Positions 1 through 10,996 of a stretch of 64,000 nucleotides of DNA are shown here, piece by piece (position 1 is the first letter of the stretch; every line of letters begins with the position of its first letter). The stretch comes from Prochlorococcus sp. AG-679-M23 (GTDB lineage: Bacteria; Cyanobacteriota; Cyanobacteriia; PCC-6307; Cyanobiaceae), in the NCBI GenBank assembly GCA_003208875.1, contig QCUR01000002.1, forward strand, positions 96,001 through 160,000, in the 5' to 3' direction. The notes under the pieces are model-generated. The model was not told the origin of the DNA, searched no databases, and saw only the letters and a list, made by a program, of their open reading frames with translations. A program made the position numbers and the translations under genes.

Positions 1-2039
1 TGGTCTCTTGAATTAGTAATGGGTGAAATAGTCGGTTTTATAAAATTATTTTCTAATGATGTAATTGCTAAACCGAGTAATGCATCTATACAGGCAATAG
101 ATTTTGCTATGGATCTAATCCTTTTTGTTTTTGAAGATACAAGATTTCTTACCTCGCAAAATAATTCATATTCTTTAGCAGCCGCGCGATTTTTAACTTG
201 AAAAATTTTACTTTCTCTATTTTTGATTTCTGTGGTTACATATCTTTCCTCATTAGTAAGAGTTTGCCTTTTAATCCAATGATCAGGTGCTAAATTAACT
301 TTAGATTTATTAATTGATATGTAATAACCAAAGTTTTTATGGAATTGAATCTTTAAATTTGATATTTTACTAATTTTTCTTTCTTTAAATTCTTCTTGAT
401 TCAACCAATCTGAGTAGTCGTCTATTAAATTACGCAAGCCATCTAACACATTATCAACCCCATCATGGATAATGCCTCCTTCACTAGTATTTAAAGGGGG
501 ATTTTCTACTAGCTTAAAGCTTATTAGATCTGCTAACTCTAAAAGTTCATTATCAATATTTTTTAATTGATCCGTCCAGGATGGGATTTCATACTTAAAT
601 AATTCAACAATTGACTTTAATCTAGGTAATTTTTTTAATCCCTCTGAGATCGCTATTAAATCTCGTGGACTGGCATGCCCCGCACACGCTCTCCCTGAAA
701 GTCTCTCTAAATCGCCCATTGCTCTAAGTATATTTTGGGTGTCTATCCGTAACTTTTTAGACTCTAAAAAGTTTGAAATAACATTTTGCCTTTTGCAAAT
801 CTCATCAATATTTAATAATGGAGAGTCTATCCATCTTCTTAAACATCTTGCACCCATGCAGGTATATGTTCTATCAATACTCCACAGAAGTGAACCAGCA
901 TAATTATTTTCTCTTTGTGTATTTTTTATTTCTAAATTTTTTTGAGTTTGATAATCAATAATTAAATGATCTTTTGGAAATTGTATTTGTGGAAAATCTA
1001 AAGAAATTTTTAAAGAAGAATCGTTCTCTAAATTTGAAGGATTGATTTTCTCTAAATAATTTAGTAAGCCTCCAAGTGCTCTAGTAGCATTATTTAAATG
1101 CTTGAGTCCTAGGCCCTCTAAACTAAGAATTTGAAAATAGTTTTTTATAGTTGAACATGCTTCATTAATACTAAAAAAAGTTTCTTGGGTGACAGTATAT
1201 GTAATTTGTTGATTTTGGTTTTCTAATAACTTTTTCTCTTCATTGCTTCCTATGATGATTTCTGATGTGTCTAATTTAATAATTTCATCGAATAATTTAG
1301 AGATTGATTGCCCCTCCATTGTTAATAATTCTCCTGTGCTCACATCAGCTCTTGAAATACCCCATTCATATAAATCTTCTGAAATGTTTTCTGATAAGTG
1401 GATTGCTGTTATCCAATTATTTTTTTTTGCAACCAACATACCTTCTTCAATTACAGTCCCTGGTGTAATTATTCTTGTTATTCCTCTTTTCAGTGGTGTT
1501 CCGTAATTTCCAGTACTTTTTTCTAACTGATCACATATAACTACTGAATGGTTTTTTTTAATTAATTCGGCGCAGTATCTCTCCATTGCATGATAAGGGA
1601 CTCCTGCCATAGGAATTTTACCAATATCTTTCCCCGCATCTTTGCTCGTTAAGGTGATCTCTAATAGGTTAGATATGAATACAGCATCTTCAAAAAAACA
1701 TTCAAAAAAGTCACCTAATCTATATAACAACAATCTATGGCTGTTTTCTTCTTTTAATGTCACATAATGTTTAAGAATTGGAGTTAATTTTTGTTTTTCA
1801 ACAGTTTTATAACTGTAAGATTTTTCATTAATGCAATCATTCTTTCTTTCTGAATTTGAATTATTTTTGAATTTGTTTATTAAATTAGTAGAATTTTTTC
1901 TTTGTCTAGGCCTTTTCTGCGACTCTTTTTTTAATTCTTCAGTAGATAAATCTTCAGGAAATTCACTTGAGTTGTTTGGGCGTTTAAGTTCATGATTAAT
2001 TGCAAATAAATCCTTCTGAATTATCGTATCTTCTTCCAT
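1..2039 (-). CDS. mutS: DNA mismatch repair protein MutS (5' part, runs off window start)
   Basis: Not in ORF track. Read manually from ATG at 2039 ([12 protein letters not shown]...); contains [65 protein letters not shown], typical of MutS domains I-III. Confidence 0.95.
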   Translation of the reverse strand, partial: MEEDTIIQKDLFAINHELKRPNNSSEFPEDLSTEELKKESQKRPRQRKNSTNLINKFKNNSNSERKNDCINEKSYSYKTVEKQKLTPILKHYVTLKEENSHRLLLYRLGDFFECFFEDAVFISNLLEITLTSKDAGKDIGKIPMAGVPYHAMERYCAELIKKNHSVVICDQLEKSTGNYGTPLKRGITRIITPGTVIEEGMLVAKKNNWITAIHLSENISEDLYEWGISRADVSTGELLTMEGQSISKLFDEIIKLDTSEIIIGSNEEKKLLENQNQQITYTVTQETFFSINEACSTIKNYFQILSLEGLGLKHLNNATRALGGLLNYLEKINPSNLENDSSLKISLDFPQIQFPKDHLIIDYQTQKNLEIKNTQRENNYAGSLLWSIDRTYTCMGARCLRRWIDSPLLNIDEICKRQNVISNFLESKKLRIDTQNILRAMGDLERLSGRACAGHASPRDLIAISEGLKKLPRLKSIVELFKYEIPSWTDQLKNIDNELLELADLISFKLVENPPLNTSEGGIIHDGVDNVLDGLRNLIDDYSDWLNQEEFKERKISKISNLKIQFHKNFGYYISINKSKVNLAPDHWIKRQTLTNEERYVTTEIKNRESKIFQVKNRAAAKEYELFCEVRNLVSSKTKRIRSIAKSIACIDALLGLAITSLENNFIKPTISPITNSRD

Positions 2040-2182
2040 CTTTTTATTATTTCTAAATAGATATTAGGAACATATTTTAGTTTTGCATTTTAAAACTCAC
2101 TAAAAGTATGTAAATTTTCTCCAAAAATATTCATTTTCATGAGATCATAGTATCTATAATTATTTAAAAATAAGTTTGAATC

Positions 2183-2380
2183 ATGCAGGCAGTTAATTTT
2201 TTCTTCGTAAATGCTCTTTTATTTGCTTCTCTTATCGCGGTAGTAGGAGTACCCGTTTTATATGTAACTCAACCTTCTACTGAAGATGGACAGAAAGAAA
2301 GTAGAAGAAAAATATATTCTATTGCTGCAGTTTGGCTCGTTTTAGTTTTTGCTACAGGGATTGTTTCAGCCTTAGTTTGA
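2183..2380 (+). CDS. psbZ: Photosystem II protein PsbZ
   Basis: 65 aa, two TM helices, VVGVPVLY motif, upstream of ribH as in cyanobacteria. Confidence 0.85.
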   Translation: MQAVNFFFVNALLFASLIAVVGVPVLYVTQPSTEDGQKESRRKIYSIAAVWLVLVFATGIVSALV

Positions 2381-2428
2381 ACTTAGTGCCTTTTCATGAG
2401 AGTGTAGATATATAAGAAAGAAAATTTA

Positions 2429-2905
2429 ATGACTATCTTTGAGGGATCTTTTACCAATGCTTCTACTTTAAAAGTAGGTATAGTTGTAGCAAGGTTTAAT
2501 GATTTAATTACTAATCAAATATTATCTGGGTGTATTGATTGTCTTAAAAGGCATGGTTTAGATACTTCAGAAACAAGTAAAGAACTTGATATTGTTTGGG
2601 TTCCTGGATCATTTGAACTTCCAATAGCAGCTAAAACACTTTTGAAAAAATCTAACTATGACGTTGTAATTGCTCTTGGAGCTGTTATTAGAGGAGAAAC
2701 TTCTCATTATGATGTTGTTATTTCTGAGGCTAGTAAGGGAATTTCACAAGTTTCATATGAAAATAATGTCCCAATTATTTTTGGCGTTTTAACTACTGAT
2801 AGTATGCAACAGGCTTTAGAAAGAGCTGGGATAAAGAACAACCTTGGTTGGAACTATGCTTTACAAGCAATTGAGATGGGTTCTTTAATTAAAAATTTAA
2901 ATTAG
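2429..2905 (+). CDS. ribH: 6,7-dimethyl-8-ribityllumazine synthase
   Basis: [28 protein letters not shown] motifs. Confidence 0.97.
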   Translation: MTIFEGSFTNASTLKVGIVVARFNDLITNQILSGCIDCLKRHGLDTSETSKELDIVWVPGSFELPIAAKTLLKKSNYDVVIALGAVIRGETSHYDVVISEASKGISQVSYENNVPIIFGVLTTDSMQQALERAGIKNNLGWNYALQAIEMGSLIKNLN

Positions 2906-2967
2906 TTTCAAAAAAAGTAAGGTTTTGTCCATTTCATTCCTTTTTTAAGATAAAATGAATTAGTTAT

Positions 2968-3039
2968 GCGGATGTAGCTCAGTGGTAGAGCATCTCCTTG
3001 CCAAGGAGAATGTCGAGAGTTCGAATCTCTTCATCCGCT
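2968..3039 (+). tRNA. tRNA-Gly(GCC)
   Basis: Acceptor GCGGATG/CATCCGC, anticodon arm TCTCC-TTGCCAA-GGAGA, GTTCGAATC T-loop; CCA not encoded. Confidence 0.97.
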
Positions 3040-3158
3040 TTTTAAGCTATATTAATTGGTTGACTATTACTTGAGGAGCTAAATCAGATTATTTGAATGA
3101 TTACTTTTTAAAAATACAAAATTTGAAATATAATTAATAGATAAATATAAATTTTTAA

Positions 3159-3593
3159 ATGCCAACTACTACTATTTCTATTGAGGATTTAAGAGGTTTA
3201 TTTACTAAACCCTATGGGGTAGATGCACCAACAAAAGCAAAGTGGGCAGAGTTTTACAATGAGAATGTTACCTTCATTGATCCAACACAGGAAACGAAAG
3301 GATTAGATTCTTATGTGGAGGCCCAAGAAAAGCTGGTTAAAAGATGCAATGATGTTTATTTGGAAACTCATGCAATATCAATAAATGGAAACTATGGATT
3401 TGTAGAATGGACTATGGGTTTAAAAATTATGGGTAAAGAATTTATATATCCTGGCACGACACGTTTGATATTTTCTGACAATGGCTTAATCCAAGAACAC
3501 AGAGATTATTTTGATTTTTGTGGTCCTACTTTTGGACCCGTTCCTATTTTGGGTCCGTTTATTAGGTGGCTTTATGCAAGATTTATATCTTAA
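3159..3593 (+). CDS. SnoaL/NTF2-like fold protein
   Basis: FYNENVTFIDP...G and HRDYFD motifs typical of SnoaL-like domains. Confidence 0.8.
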   Translation: MPTTTISIEDLRGLFTKPYGVDAPTKAKWAEFYNENVTFIDPTQETKGLDSYVEAQEKLVKRCNDVYLETHAISINGNYGFVEWTMGLKIMGKEFIYPGTTRLIFSDNGLIQEHRDYFDFCGPTFGPVPILGPFIRWLYARFIS

Positions 3594-3625
3594 AGATCAA
3601 AGACGTTAGTAAAATTTTTAAAATT

Positions 3626-4018
3626 GTGAATAGTATTTCTCAAGCCAATAAATATCAAATATTAAGATTTTTTATCTCAGGTTTAATTGCAACATTTATA
3701 AATTTTTTAGTATTTAATTCATTTTATTTAATTTTTAAAAACATAATATTTGCCTCCTTATTGGGTTACTCGACAGGACTTTTATCATCATTTGTTTTTG
3801 CAAAGATTTGGGTTTTTAGAGATAATTCACAAAAAAAAATAATTAAATCTTTTTTTATTTTTTGTTTAATTTATTTTTTAGGAGGTTTAGAAATGTCTCT
3901 AGTAATTATTGTTTTGAGTCGATTAATTGATAATTATAAGATTGCTTGGTTGATAGGAGCATTTATAGGCGCCTTAAATAATTATTTAGGTTCGAAATAT
4001 TTTTTATTTAAGAAGTAA
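3626..4018 (+). CDS. GtrA-family membrane protein (putative lipid-linked sugar flippase)
   Basis: RFFISGLIATFINF, KIWVF, NYLGSKYFLFK; about 4 TM; in-frame GTG at 3626 preferred over the track start at 3566. Confidence 0.8.
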   Translation: MNSISQANKYQILRFFISGLIATFINFLVFNSFYLIFKNIIFASLLGYSTGLLSSFVFAKIWVFRDNSQKKIIKSFFIFCLIYFLGGLEMSLVIIVLSRLIDNYKIAWLIGAFIGALNNYLGSKYFLFKK

Positions 4019-4019
4019 T

Positions 4020-4475
4020 TTATACTTCGTGGACTAAAAGATTTTGTGAAGTAACTTCTTTGAAATCAACTTGCGAATAAAACATTTTTTTGCTCGTAGT
4101 CATTAAATATATTTTCTTAGTATGTTTTATTTTCTTTGATTCTAAAAGATTTTTCACAATCATCTTGCCGTAACCTTTCCCTTGATGATCTTGATCAATT
4201 ACTATATCCCATAAAACACCTCTATAAACACCATCTGACAAGGCTCTCCCAAAACCAACTGGTTCATTATTAGACCAAATACTTATAACAACATCGCTAT
4301 TAGCAAGACATTTTTTGAGGTCTGTAATTGTTCTATCCTTAGCCCAAAATGCATTACGATGTAGAAATTGTTGAAGTTTAAATAATCCTTTCGTGGGTTT
4401 GAGATTAGGACCTAATCCAAATAATCTTAATCCAAGAGCTCCTTTTGAATGTTTAATTAAAAATACTGGTTTCAT
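4020..4475 (-). CDS. GNAT family N-acetyltransferase (Ycf52-like)
   Basis: VGFGRALSDG, LWDIVID, HQGKGYGK acetyl-CoA motif. Confidence 0.88.
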   Translation of the reverse strand: MKPVFLIKHSKGALGLRLFGLGPNLKPTKGLFKLQQFLHRNAFWAKDRTITDLKKCLANSDVVISIWSNNEPVGFGRALSDGVYRGVLWDIVIDQDHQGKGYGKMIVKNLLESKKIKHTKKIYLMTTSKKMFYSQVDFKEVTSQNLLVHEV

Positions 4476-4650
4476 AAGTTTGGAAATTCTAGAATTTTGA
4501 GAGAAATGTAATAACTTCTTTGGTAACTTTGATTTAAACCTTAATCGATTTCTTTTTAAAAAATAAAGAGATATAGGATTTGCTCATTTAGTTGTAACGC
4601 ACTAATTTATAATGATTGTAATAGGATAAATTTTTAGAGGAAAAACAATT

Positions 4651-7482
4651 ATGCTCAAACTTTTGTTGGGAGACCCGAATACACGAAAGTTAAAGAGATA
4701 TCAACCAATAGTTGAAGAAATAAACTTATTAGAAGAAGAAGTATCCATATTAACTGATGATGAATTGCGGAATGAAACTCATAATCTTAAATCAAATATT
4801 TCATCAGAGTTAAATATTAAAAAACAAAAGGAACTATTAGAAGAAACATTACCAAAAGCTTTTGCAATCGTAAGAGAAGCAAGTAAAAGAGTTTTAGAAA
4901 TGCGTCATTTTGATGTGCAATTAATAGGTGGGATGGTTCTCCATGAAGGACAAATTGCTGAAATGAAAACTGGAGAAGGTAAAACTCTCGTTGCAACGCT
5001 ACCTTGTTATCTTAATGCTTTAACTGGTAAAGGTGTACATGTTGTTACTGTGAATGATTACCTGGCTCGAAGAGATGCTGAGTGGATGGGACAAGTCCAT
5101 CGTTTTTTGGGCTTATCAGTTGGTCTAATTCAGCAAGATATGAGTCCTTCAGAAAGGAAAAAAAACTATGCATGTGACATAACCTATGCCACTAATTCTG
5201 AATTAGGCTTTGATTATTTGAGAGATAACATGGCTACTGAAATCGAAGAAGTAGTTCAAAGAAAATTCAATTATTGCGTTATAGATGAAGTAGATTCAAT
5301 TCTAATTGATGAAGCAAGAACTCCTCTAATAATTTCTGGTCAAATTGAAAGACCACAAGAAAAATATCAAAAAGCGGCACAATTATCATTATCTCTCATT
5401 AAGGCGAAAGAGTTGAGTAAAGATGGAATTGATCCAGAGGGTGATTATGAAGTTGATGAAAAACAACGTAGCTGTATATTAACTGATCAAGGATTTGCTA
5501 AATGTGAAGAGGCCTTGAAGGTTAATGATTTATACGATCCTAAAGACCCGTGGGCTCATTACATTACTAATGCTTTAAAAGCTAAAGAATTATTCGTTAA
5601 AGATGTAAATTACATCATTAAAAAAGATGAAGCAGTAATAGTTGATGAATTTACTGGAAGGGTTATGCCTGGAAGAAGATGGAGTGATGGACAACATCAG
5701 GCAATCGAAGCAAAAGAAGGTCTTAAAATTCAACCTGAGACCCAAACATTAGCATCTATAACGTATCAGAACTTTTTCCTTTTATATCCAGGATTAGCTG
5801 GTATGACAGGAACTGCCAAGACCGAAGAGGTGGAATTTGAAAAAACTTATAAATTAGAGTCAACAGTTGTTCCAACTAATCAGATAAGGAAGAGACAAGA
5901 TTGGGCTGATCAAGTTTTTAAAACAGAGCTCGGAAAATGGAAAGCGGTCGCTAATGAGACGGCAGAAATACATAGGAACGGCAGACCTGTTTTAGTAGGT
6001 ACGACAAGTGTTGAAAAAAGTGAGTTATTAAGTACACTTCTTTTCGAACAGCAAATCCCACATAATTTGCTAAATGCAAAACCAGAGAATGTAGAACGCG
6101 AGGCAGAAATCGTAGCTCAGGCTGGAAGGTCAGGTGCCGTCACTATCGCAACAAACATGGCGGGAAGAGGAACTGATATTATTCTTGGTGGTAATAGCGA
6201 CTATATGGCAAGGCTAAAATTAAAAGAGACTTTAATGCCCTTACTCGTTAAGCCAGATAATGAGCATAAACCGCCAATACCTCAACAAAGAAATTCAAAA
6301 TCTGGGGGAGGATTTTCTTCAAATGTTGACTCAATTGCAAATAAAAATACTAAAGTTGTTGTAGACAATCTTTTCCCATGTCAGTTAGGCGAAGATATTA
6401 AAAGAAAACTATCTTTATTATCCAATGAACTTGTAAAAAATTGGGGAGATAGAAGCTTAACTATTCTTGAATTAGATGATAAGATCGCTACTGCTGCTGA
6501 AAAAGCTCCAACTGAAGATAAACTAATACAATCTTTGAGAGAATCTTTATCAGAGGTGAAAAATGAATATGAAAAGGTATTAATTCATGAAGAAGAAAAT
6601 GTTAGGAATGCTGGAGGTCTTCATGTCATTGGAACTGAAAGGCATGAGTCAAGAAGAGTTGATAATCAACTTAGAGGAAGAGCAGGTAGACAAGGAGATC
6701 TTGGAAGTACCAGATTCTTTTTATCTTTGGAAGATAATCTATTAAGGATATTTGGAGGAGATAGGGTAGCAAACTTAATGAACGCTTTTAGGGTAGATGA
6801 AGATATGCCTATTGAGTCAGGAATGCTTACTAGATCTTTAGAAAGTGCACAGAAGAAAGTTGAGACTTATTATTATGACATCAGAAAACAAGTTTTTGAA
6901 TATGATGAGGTAATGAATAATCAAAGAAAAGCGGTCTATAATGAGAGATTAAGAGTTCTAAAAGGGAATGATTTGAAGAAACAAGTCATAGGGTATGGAG
7001 AAAGAACAATGGAAGAAATTGTAGAAGCTTATATTAATCCTGATTTACCTCCAGAAGAGTGGGACATTGATCAATTGATTTCTAAAGTAAAAGAATTCAT
7101 TTATTTATTAAATGATCTTAAATCAGAAGATGTTAGTGTCTTGTCTATTGAAGAATTAAAAAATTATCTTCAAGAGCAATTACGAATTGCATATGATTTG
7201 AAGGAGGCTCAAATAGAGAAGTTTCGTCCAGGTTTAATGAGGGAAGCTGAAAGGTTTTTTATACTTCAACAAATTGATAATTTATGGAGAGAACATCTTC
7301 AATCGATGGATTCTTTAAGAGAATCTGTAGGATTAAGAGGTTATGGTCAAAAGGACCCCTTGATTGAATATAAAAATGAAGGTTATGATATGTTTCTTGA
7401 AATGATGACTAATATGAGAAGAAATGTCATTTATTCAATGTTCATGTTTCAACCTAAAAGTGAAAAAGAAACTAATAATTAA
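4651..7482 (+). CDS. secA: Preprotein translocase ATPase SecA
   Basis: [49 protein letters not shown]. Confidence 0.99.
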   Translation: MLKLLLGDPNTRKLKRYQPIVEEINLLEEEVSILTDDELRNETHNLKSNISSELNIKKQKELLEETLPKAFAIVREASKRVLEMRHFDVQLIGGMVLHEGQIAEMKTGEGKTLVATLPCYLNALTGKGVHVVTVNDYLARRDAEWMGQVHRFLGLSVGLIQQDMSPSERKKNYACDITYATNSELGFDYLRDNMATEIEEVVQRKFNYCVIDEVDSILIDEARTPLIISGQIERPQEKYQKAAQLSLSLIKAKELSKDGIDPEGDYEVDEKQRSCILTDQGFAKCEEALKVNDLYDPKDPWAHYITNALKAKELFVKDVNYIIKKDEAVIVDEFTGRVMPGRRWSDGQHQAIEAKEGLKIQPETQTLASITYQNFFLLYPGLAGMTGTAKTEEVEFEKTYKLESTVVPTNQIRKRQDWADQVFKTELGKWKAVANETAEIHRNGRPVLVGTTSVEKSELLSTLLFEQQIPHNLLNAKPENVEREAEIVAQAGRSGAVTIATNMAGRGTDIILGGNSDYMARLKLKETLMPLLVKPDNEHKPPIPQQRNSKSGGGFSSNVDSIANKNTKVVVDNLFPCQLGEDIKRKLSLLSNELVKNWGDRSLTILELDDKIATAAEKAPTEDKLIQSLRESLSEVKNEYEKVLIHEEENVRNAGGLHVIGTERHESRRVDNQLRGRAGRQGDLGSTRFFLSLEDNLLRIFGGDRVANLMNAFRVDEDMPIESGMLTRSLESAQKKVETYYYDIRKQVFEYDEVMNNQRKAVYNERLRVLKGNDLKKQVIGYGERTMEEIVEAYINPDLPPEEWDIDQLISKVKEFIYLLNDLKSEDVSVLSIEELKNYLQEQLRIAYDLKEAQIEKFRPGLMREAERFFILQQIDNLWREHLQSMDSLRESVGLRGYGQKDPLIEYKNEGYDMFLEMMTNMRRNVIYSMFMFQPKSEKETNN

Positions 7483-7489
7483 TTCACAA

Positions 7490-8224
7490 TTAGTTATCTC
7501 CTAAGAATTCTATTATTTCTTTGTCTTTTAGATTTTGTGCATTGCCGACTTTAGAAATATCATTAGATTCTGAATTTACCAAACATTGAAGGGTATTTTG
7601 TAGTTTAAGGATTTGGTTTTCAAGCTGGTCTATTCTATCCATTAAATTTTTAATTACATTAGCTTCAGCGTCTGGTAAAGCAGAGTGTGCTAAGGGATTA
7701 ACTTTTACACCACTTTGATGAACTACTCTTCCTGGTATTCCAACTACAGTACTATTTTCTTCGACATTACGAACAACGACTGAACCGGCCCCAATTCTAG
7801 TATTTTGTCCAATTATTATTGAGCCTAGAACTTTTGCTCCTGCCCCAACTACTACATTCTCCATTAATGTTGGATGCCTTTTGCCATGACTTTTACCAGT
7901 TCCTCCTAATGTAACTCCTTGATAAAGTAAGCAATTATTACCAATTTCAGCTGTTTCGCCTATGACAACACCCATGCCATGATCTATAAAAACTTTTTTA
8001 CCGATTTTGGCACCTGGATGTATTTCTATTCCTGTTAATAATCTATTTAAATGACTTAATAATCTCGGAATTAAGGGTAACTTTAATAACCATAATTTAT
8101 GGGTAAATCTATGAACGATAATTGATTGGAAACCAGGATAGCAAAGAAAAATTTCTAAAATTCCTCTTGCTGCAGGATCTCTCTCTCTTATTATTTCAAT
8201 ATCTGACTTAAAAGTTCTTAGCAT
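7490..8224 (-). CDS. cysE: Serine O-acetyltransferase
   Basis: RDPAAR, GIEIHPGAKIG, DHGMGVVIGETA, KRHPTL. Confidence 0.97.
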   Translation of the reverse strand: MLRTFKSDIEIIRERDPAARGILEIFLCYPGFQSIIVHRFTHKLWLLKLPLIPRLLSHLNRLLTGIEIHPGAKIGKKVFIDHGMGVVIGETAEIGNNCLLYQGVTLGGTGKSHGKRHPTLMENVVVGAGAKVLGSIIIGQNTRIGAGSVVVRNVEENSTVVGIPGRVVHQSGVKVNPLAHSALPDAEANVIKNLMDRIDQLENQILKLQNTLQCLVNSESNDISKVGNAQNLKDKEIIEFLGDN

Positions 8225-8230
8225 AATGAA

Positions 8231-9217
8231 TTAATTAATTACTCCTATCTCGGTTTTTAAATGATTTATAGTTTTTATGCTTAAATAATTTTTCGCACAT
8301 ATAATTTGTGGTACTCTCATCAATTGAGAACGATTTTTTAACAGAGTATTTTCAATAACAGATAAACTAGGTCCATCGCAAACTATATAATTTGAAGCTT
8401 TTAAAAGGGCTAATAATCTACTACTGTTATCTGAGATGGTAGTCATGATTACTATATCACTTCCTCTCATGCTATGTATGATGATTTCTGCAGCTCTTAA
8501 AAGGCCAGGACTGATGCTTACAATACCTACACAACTTCCAGGTTTTAATTCTTTGATTATTTTTAATTCTTTCTGAAAGTCGCTCAAATCAACAGCAATA
8601 GCTCTAATCCTATATTGTTTTGCTAATTTTTCTAAGGGTTGTAAAAAATATCTACTTGTGACAATTGTCCCATTATTGGAGTTGCAAAGAACTTTTTCTA
8701 ATTCTTCCATAGGGACAACTTCTACTGGGACGTTGATGTTTGGAGAGAGGTCTTCTGCAATTAACATAGAAGCACCTATATCTTCCCGAGGGGTACTAAC
8801 TATTATTCTTGATCCACATTTAATACGCCAATCAATTTCATTAGTCAACAGATTTCTTGTTTCTTGAAGAGTGCATCCAAGTTTGATTAATTTGTCTACT
8901 GCTTTTTTTATCTCTAGATCAGGAGTTGTATTTAAATTGTTTTTTGAATTAAAAGATTTTTTAAGATCTCCTTTTTTAAGATTATCTCTCACATAAATCC
9001 CTGATCCTGCTATCGCTTCAACCACTCCGTCCGTTTCGAGTTGTCTATAAACTTTACTTATAGTATTGCGATGCAATCCTGTCTGCATAGCTAATTGTCT
9101 AGTACTCGGCAAGCGATGACCTGGAGGATAATATCTAGCTGCAATCGCAAAGCAAATTTGATTATATAACTGTGTAGATGCCGGAATATCAATTTCTTGT
9201 TGGATATGAAATCTCAC
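8231..9217 (-). CDS. plmA: GntR-family regulator, cyanobacterial PlmA subfamily
   Basis: N-terminal GntR wHTH (PGHRLPSTRQLA...HRNTISKVYRQL), 328 aa length typical of PlmA. Confidence 0.82.
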   Translation of the reverse strand: MRFHIQQEIDIPASTQLYNQICFAIAARYYPPGHRLPSTRQLAMQTGLHRNTISKVYRQLETDGVVEAIAGSGIYVRDNLKKGDLKKSFNSKNNLNTTPDLEIKKAVDKLIKLGCTLQETRNLLTNEIDWRIKCGSRIIVSTPREDIGASMLIAEDLSPNINVPVEVVPMEELEKVLCNSNNGTIVTSRYFLQPLEKLAKQYRIRAIAVDLSDFQKELKIIKELKPGSCVGIVSISPGLLRAAEIIIHSMRGSDIVIMTTISDNSSRLLALLKASNYIVCDGPSLSVIENTLLKNRSQLMRVPQIICAKNYLSIKTINHLKTEIGVIN

Positions 9218-9316
9218 TTTAGAAAAAACCTAATTAATTTCTTTAATGTTCCTAAATAATATTTTAACATCCATCAAAATTTTTGAATCAATTTCGTATT
9301 GTTAAATTGCCTAAAT

Positions 9317-9889
9317 TTACCCCTCTTCTTTTTTTATTAAAGGTGTTTTTCTAGGACTTAAAAACATAATCATATTTCTACCTTCCCTTTTTGGCCTTTG
9401 TTGGACTTCTGACTGTTCTTCTAAATCATTAGCCATTTTTAAAAGGAGTGTTTCTGCTAAATTTGAGTGCTGAATTTCTCTACCTCTAAAAAAAACTGTA
9501 CATTTAACTTTATCGCCTGATTTTAAAAATCTCACAGCTTGACCTATTCTTACGTCATAATCATGTTTATCAATTTTGTATCTCATTTTTACCTCTTTAA
9601 CTTCAGTTTGGTGAGATTTTTTCTTTGTTTCTTTTGCTTTTTTTTCTTGTTCAAATTTATATTTTCCGTAATCCATTATCCTACAAACTGGCGGATTAGC
9701 TTTCTCGCTTACTAAAACCAAGTCAAGTCCTCTTTGATCAGCAATTTCTAGAGCTTTTATTCTATCAATAACTCCTAGTTGTTTCCCATCTGAATCAACA
9801 ACTCTTAGTTGAGGGTATTTTATTCTTTCGTTTATATTTGGGAGCTCTCTAACAGGAGCGCGGCGATCAAAGCGTGGACGTGGTGGCAT
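9317..9889 (-). CDS. infC: Translation initiation factor IF-3
   Basis: NERI, DLVLVS...[25 protein letters not shown]. Confidence 0.98.
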   Translation of the reverse strand: MPPRPRFDRRAPVRELPNINERIKYPQLRVVDSDGKQLGVIDRIKALEIADQRGLDLVLVSEKANPPVCRIMDYGKYKFEQEKKAKETKKKSHQTEVKEVKMRYKIDKHDYDVRIGQAVRFLKSGDKVKCTVFFRGREIQHSNLAETLLLKMANDLEEQSEVQQRPKREGRNMIMFLSPRKTPLIKKEEG

Positions 9890-9944
9890 TCAGTTTTTTA
9901 AAATGATTGTTTTGATGATTAAAAGATCTACTTATTTTATAAAG

Positions 9945-10844
9945 TTAGCGTAAAGCATACTCTATATTGATTATTGCATCTTTTAGTAGGTTTTTGTTAT
10001 TAAGCCATATTGGATTGTTTTTATTACGGAACCATGTTTTTTGTCTCTTGGCAAATTGGATTGTTTTTGTTGTAGTTATTTCAATAGCTTTTTCAATTTT
10101 TAAATTTTCCTTTATTACATCCTTGGCTTCCTTATATCCAATCGTTTCTAGTAAAGGTAAATTTGATCCATATTGATTAATAATCTTTTTGGTCTCATCT
10201 ATAATTCCAAATTCAAACATATCTTTTGTTCTTTTGAAAATACGTTCTTTTAAATCTTCTCTATATAGACCTAATTCTAATATTTTCCATGGGGGAGGGT
10301 TCTGGAATTTTTGAGAGGATATTGGTTTGCCTGTTACATAAAAGACTTCTAAAGCTCTTATCGTCCTAACTTGATCAGCGTAATTGATTTTTTTTGTTAA
10401 GACAGGATCACAAATTTTTAAAAGTTCCCAACATTTTTCTTGCCCTAGTTTTTCGAATTGTGATCTTAAAGCTTTTTGAGGAGGAACATCCGGAGTAAAG
10501 AATCCCTTTATTATTGAATTCATATATAGCCCGCTTCCGCCTATTAGCAAAGGAATTCTTTTTTGATTTAGTTCTCGATTTATTGATTTGGTAGCAATTT
10601 CTTGAAATTGTTTTGCATTTATATGGCTAGAGGGTTCTTCAAGATCTATTAAAAAATGCTTTATTGTTTTTTGTTGTTCTTTAGTTGGCTTTGCTGTACC
10701 TATGTCCATAAATCGATAAAGTTGTCTTGAGTCGACATTATGTATATTGAGATTAAAATATTTAGCAATTTCGATTCCTAGCTCAGTTTTGCCACTCGCT
10801 GTAGGCCCGATTAAAACTATTACTAATGGTTTTGGTTGGAACAT
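9945..10844 (-). CDS. miaA: tRNA dimethylallyltransferase
   Basis: [31 protein letters not shown]. Confidence 0.97.
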   Translation of the reverse strand: MFQPKPLVIVLIGPTASGKTELGIEIAKYFNLNIHNVDSRQLYRFMDIGTAKPTKEQQKTIKHFLIDLEEPSSHINAKQFQEIATKSINRELNQKRIPLLIGGSGLYMNSIIKGFFTPDVPPQKALRSQFEKLGQEKCWELLKICDPVLTKKINYADQVRTIRALEVFYVTGKPISSQKFQNPPPWKILELGLYREDLKERIFKRTKDMFEFGIIDETKKIINQYGSNLPLLETIGYKEAKDVIKENLKIEKAIEITTTKTIQFAKRQKTWFRNKNNPIWLNNKNLLKDAIINIEYALR

Positions 10845-10996
10845 ATGTGATTTTTTGGAAGAAATATTAGATTCATATAATTAAAGTGATTAAATTTTGC
10901 ATTTACTTCAAGCCTTTCTCTTATACCGATGGTAAATTTAATGAAACACCTTTTAAAAATAACATTTTAAAAGTTTTATTTTATTTTTTATATTAA

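Noticed and set aside
19..1506. Track ORFs 19-201 and 1243-1506 on +
   Set aside because: Antisense shadows of mutS, which the track misses because it has no stop inside the window
6200..6600. Long insertion with Pro/Gly/Ser-rich linker in SecA
   Set aside because: Variable region typical of cyanobacterial SecA; no intein termini (no N-terminal Cys or C-terminal His-Asn)
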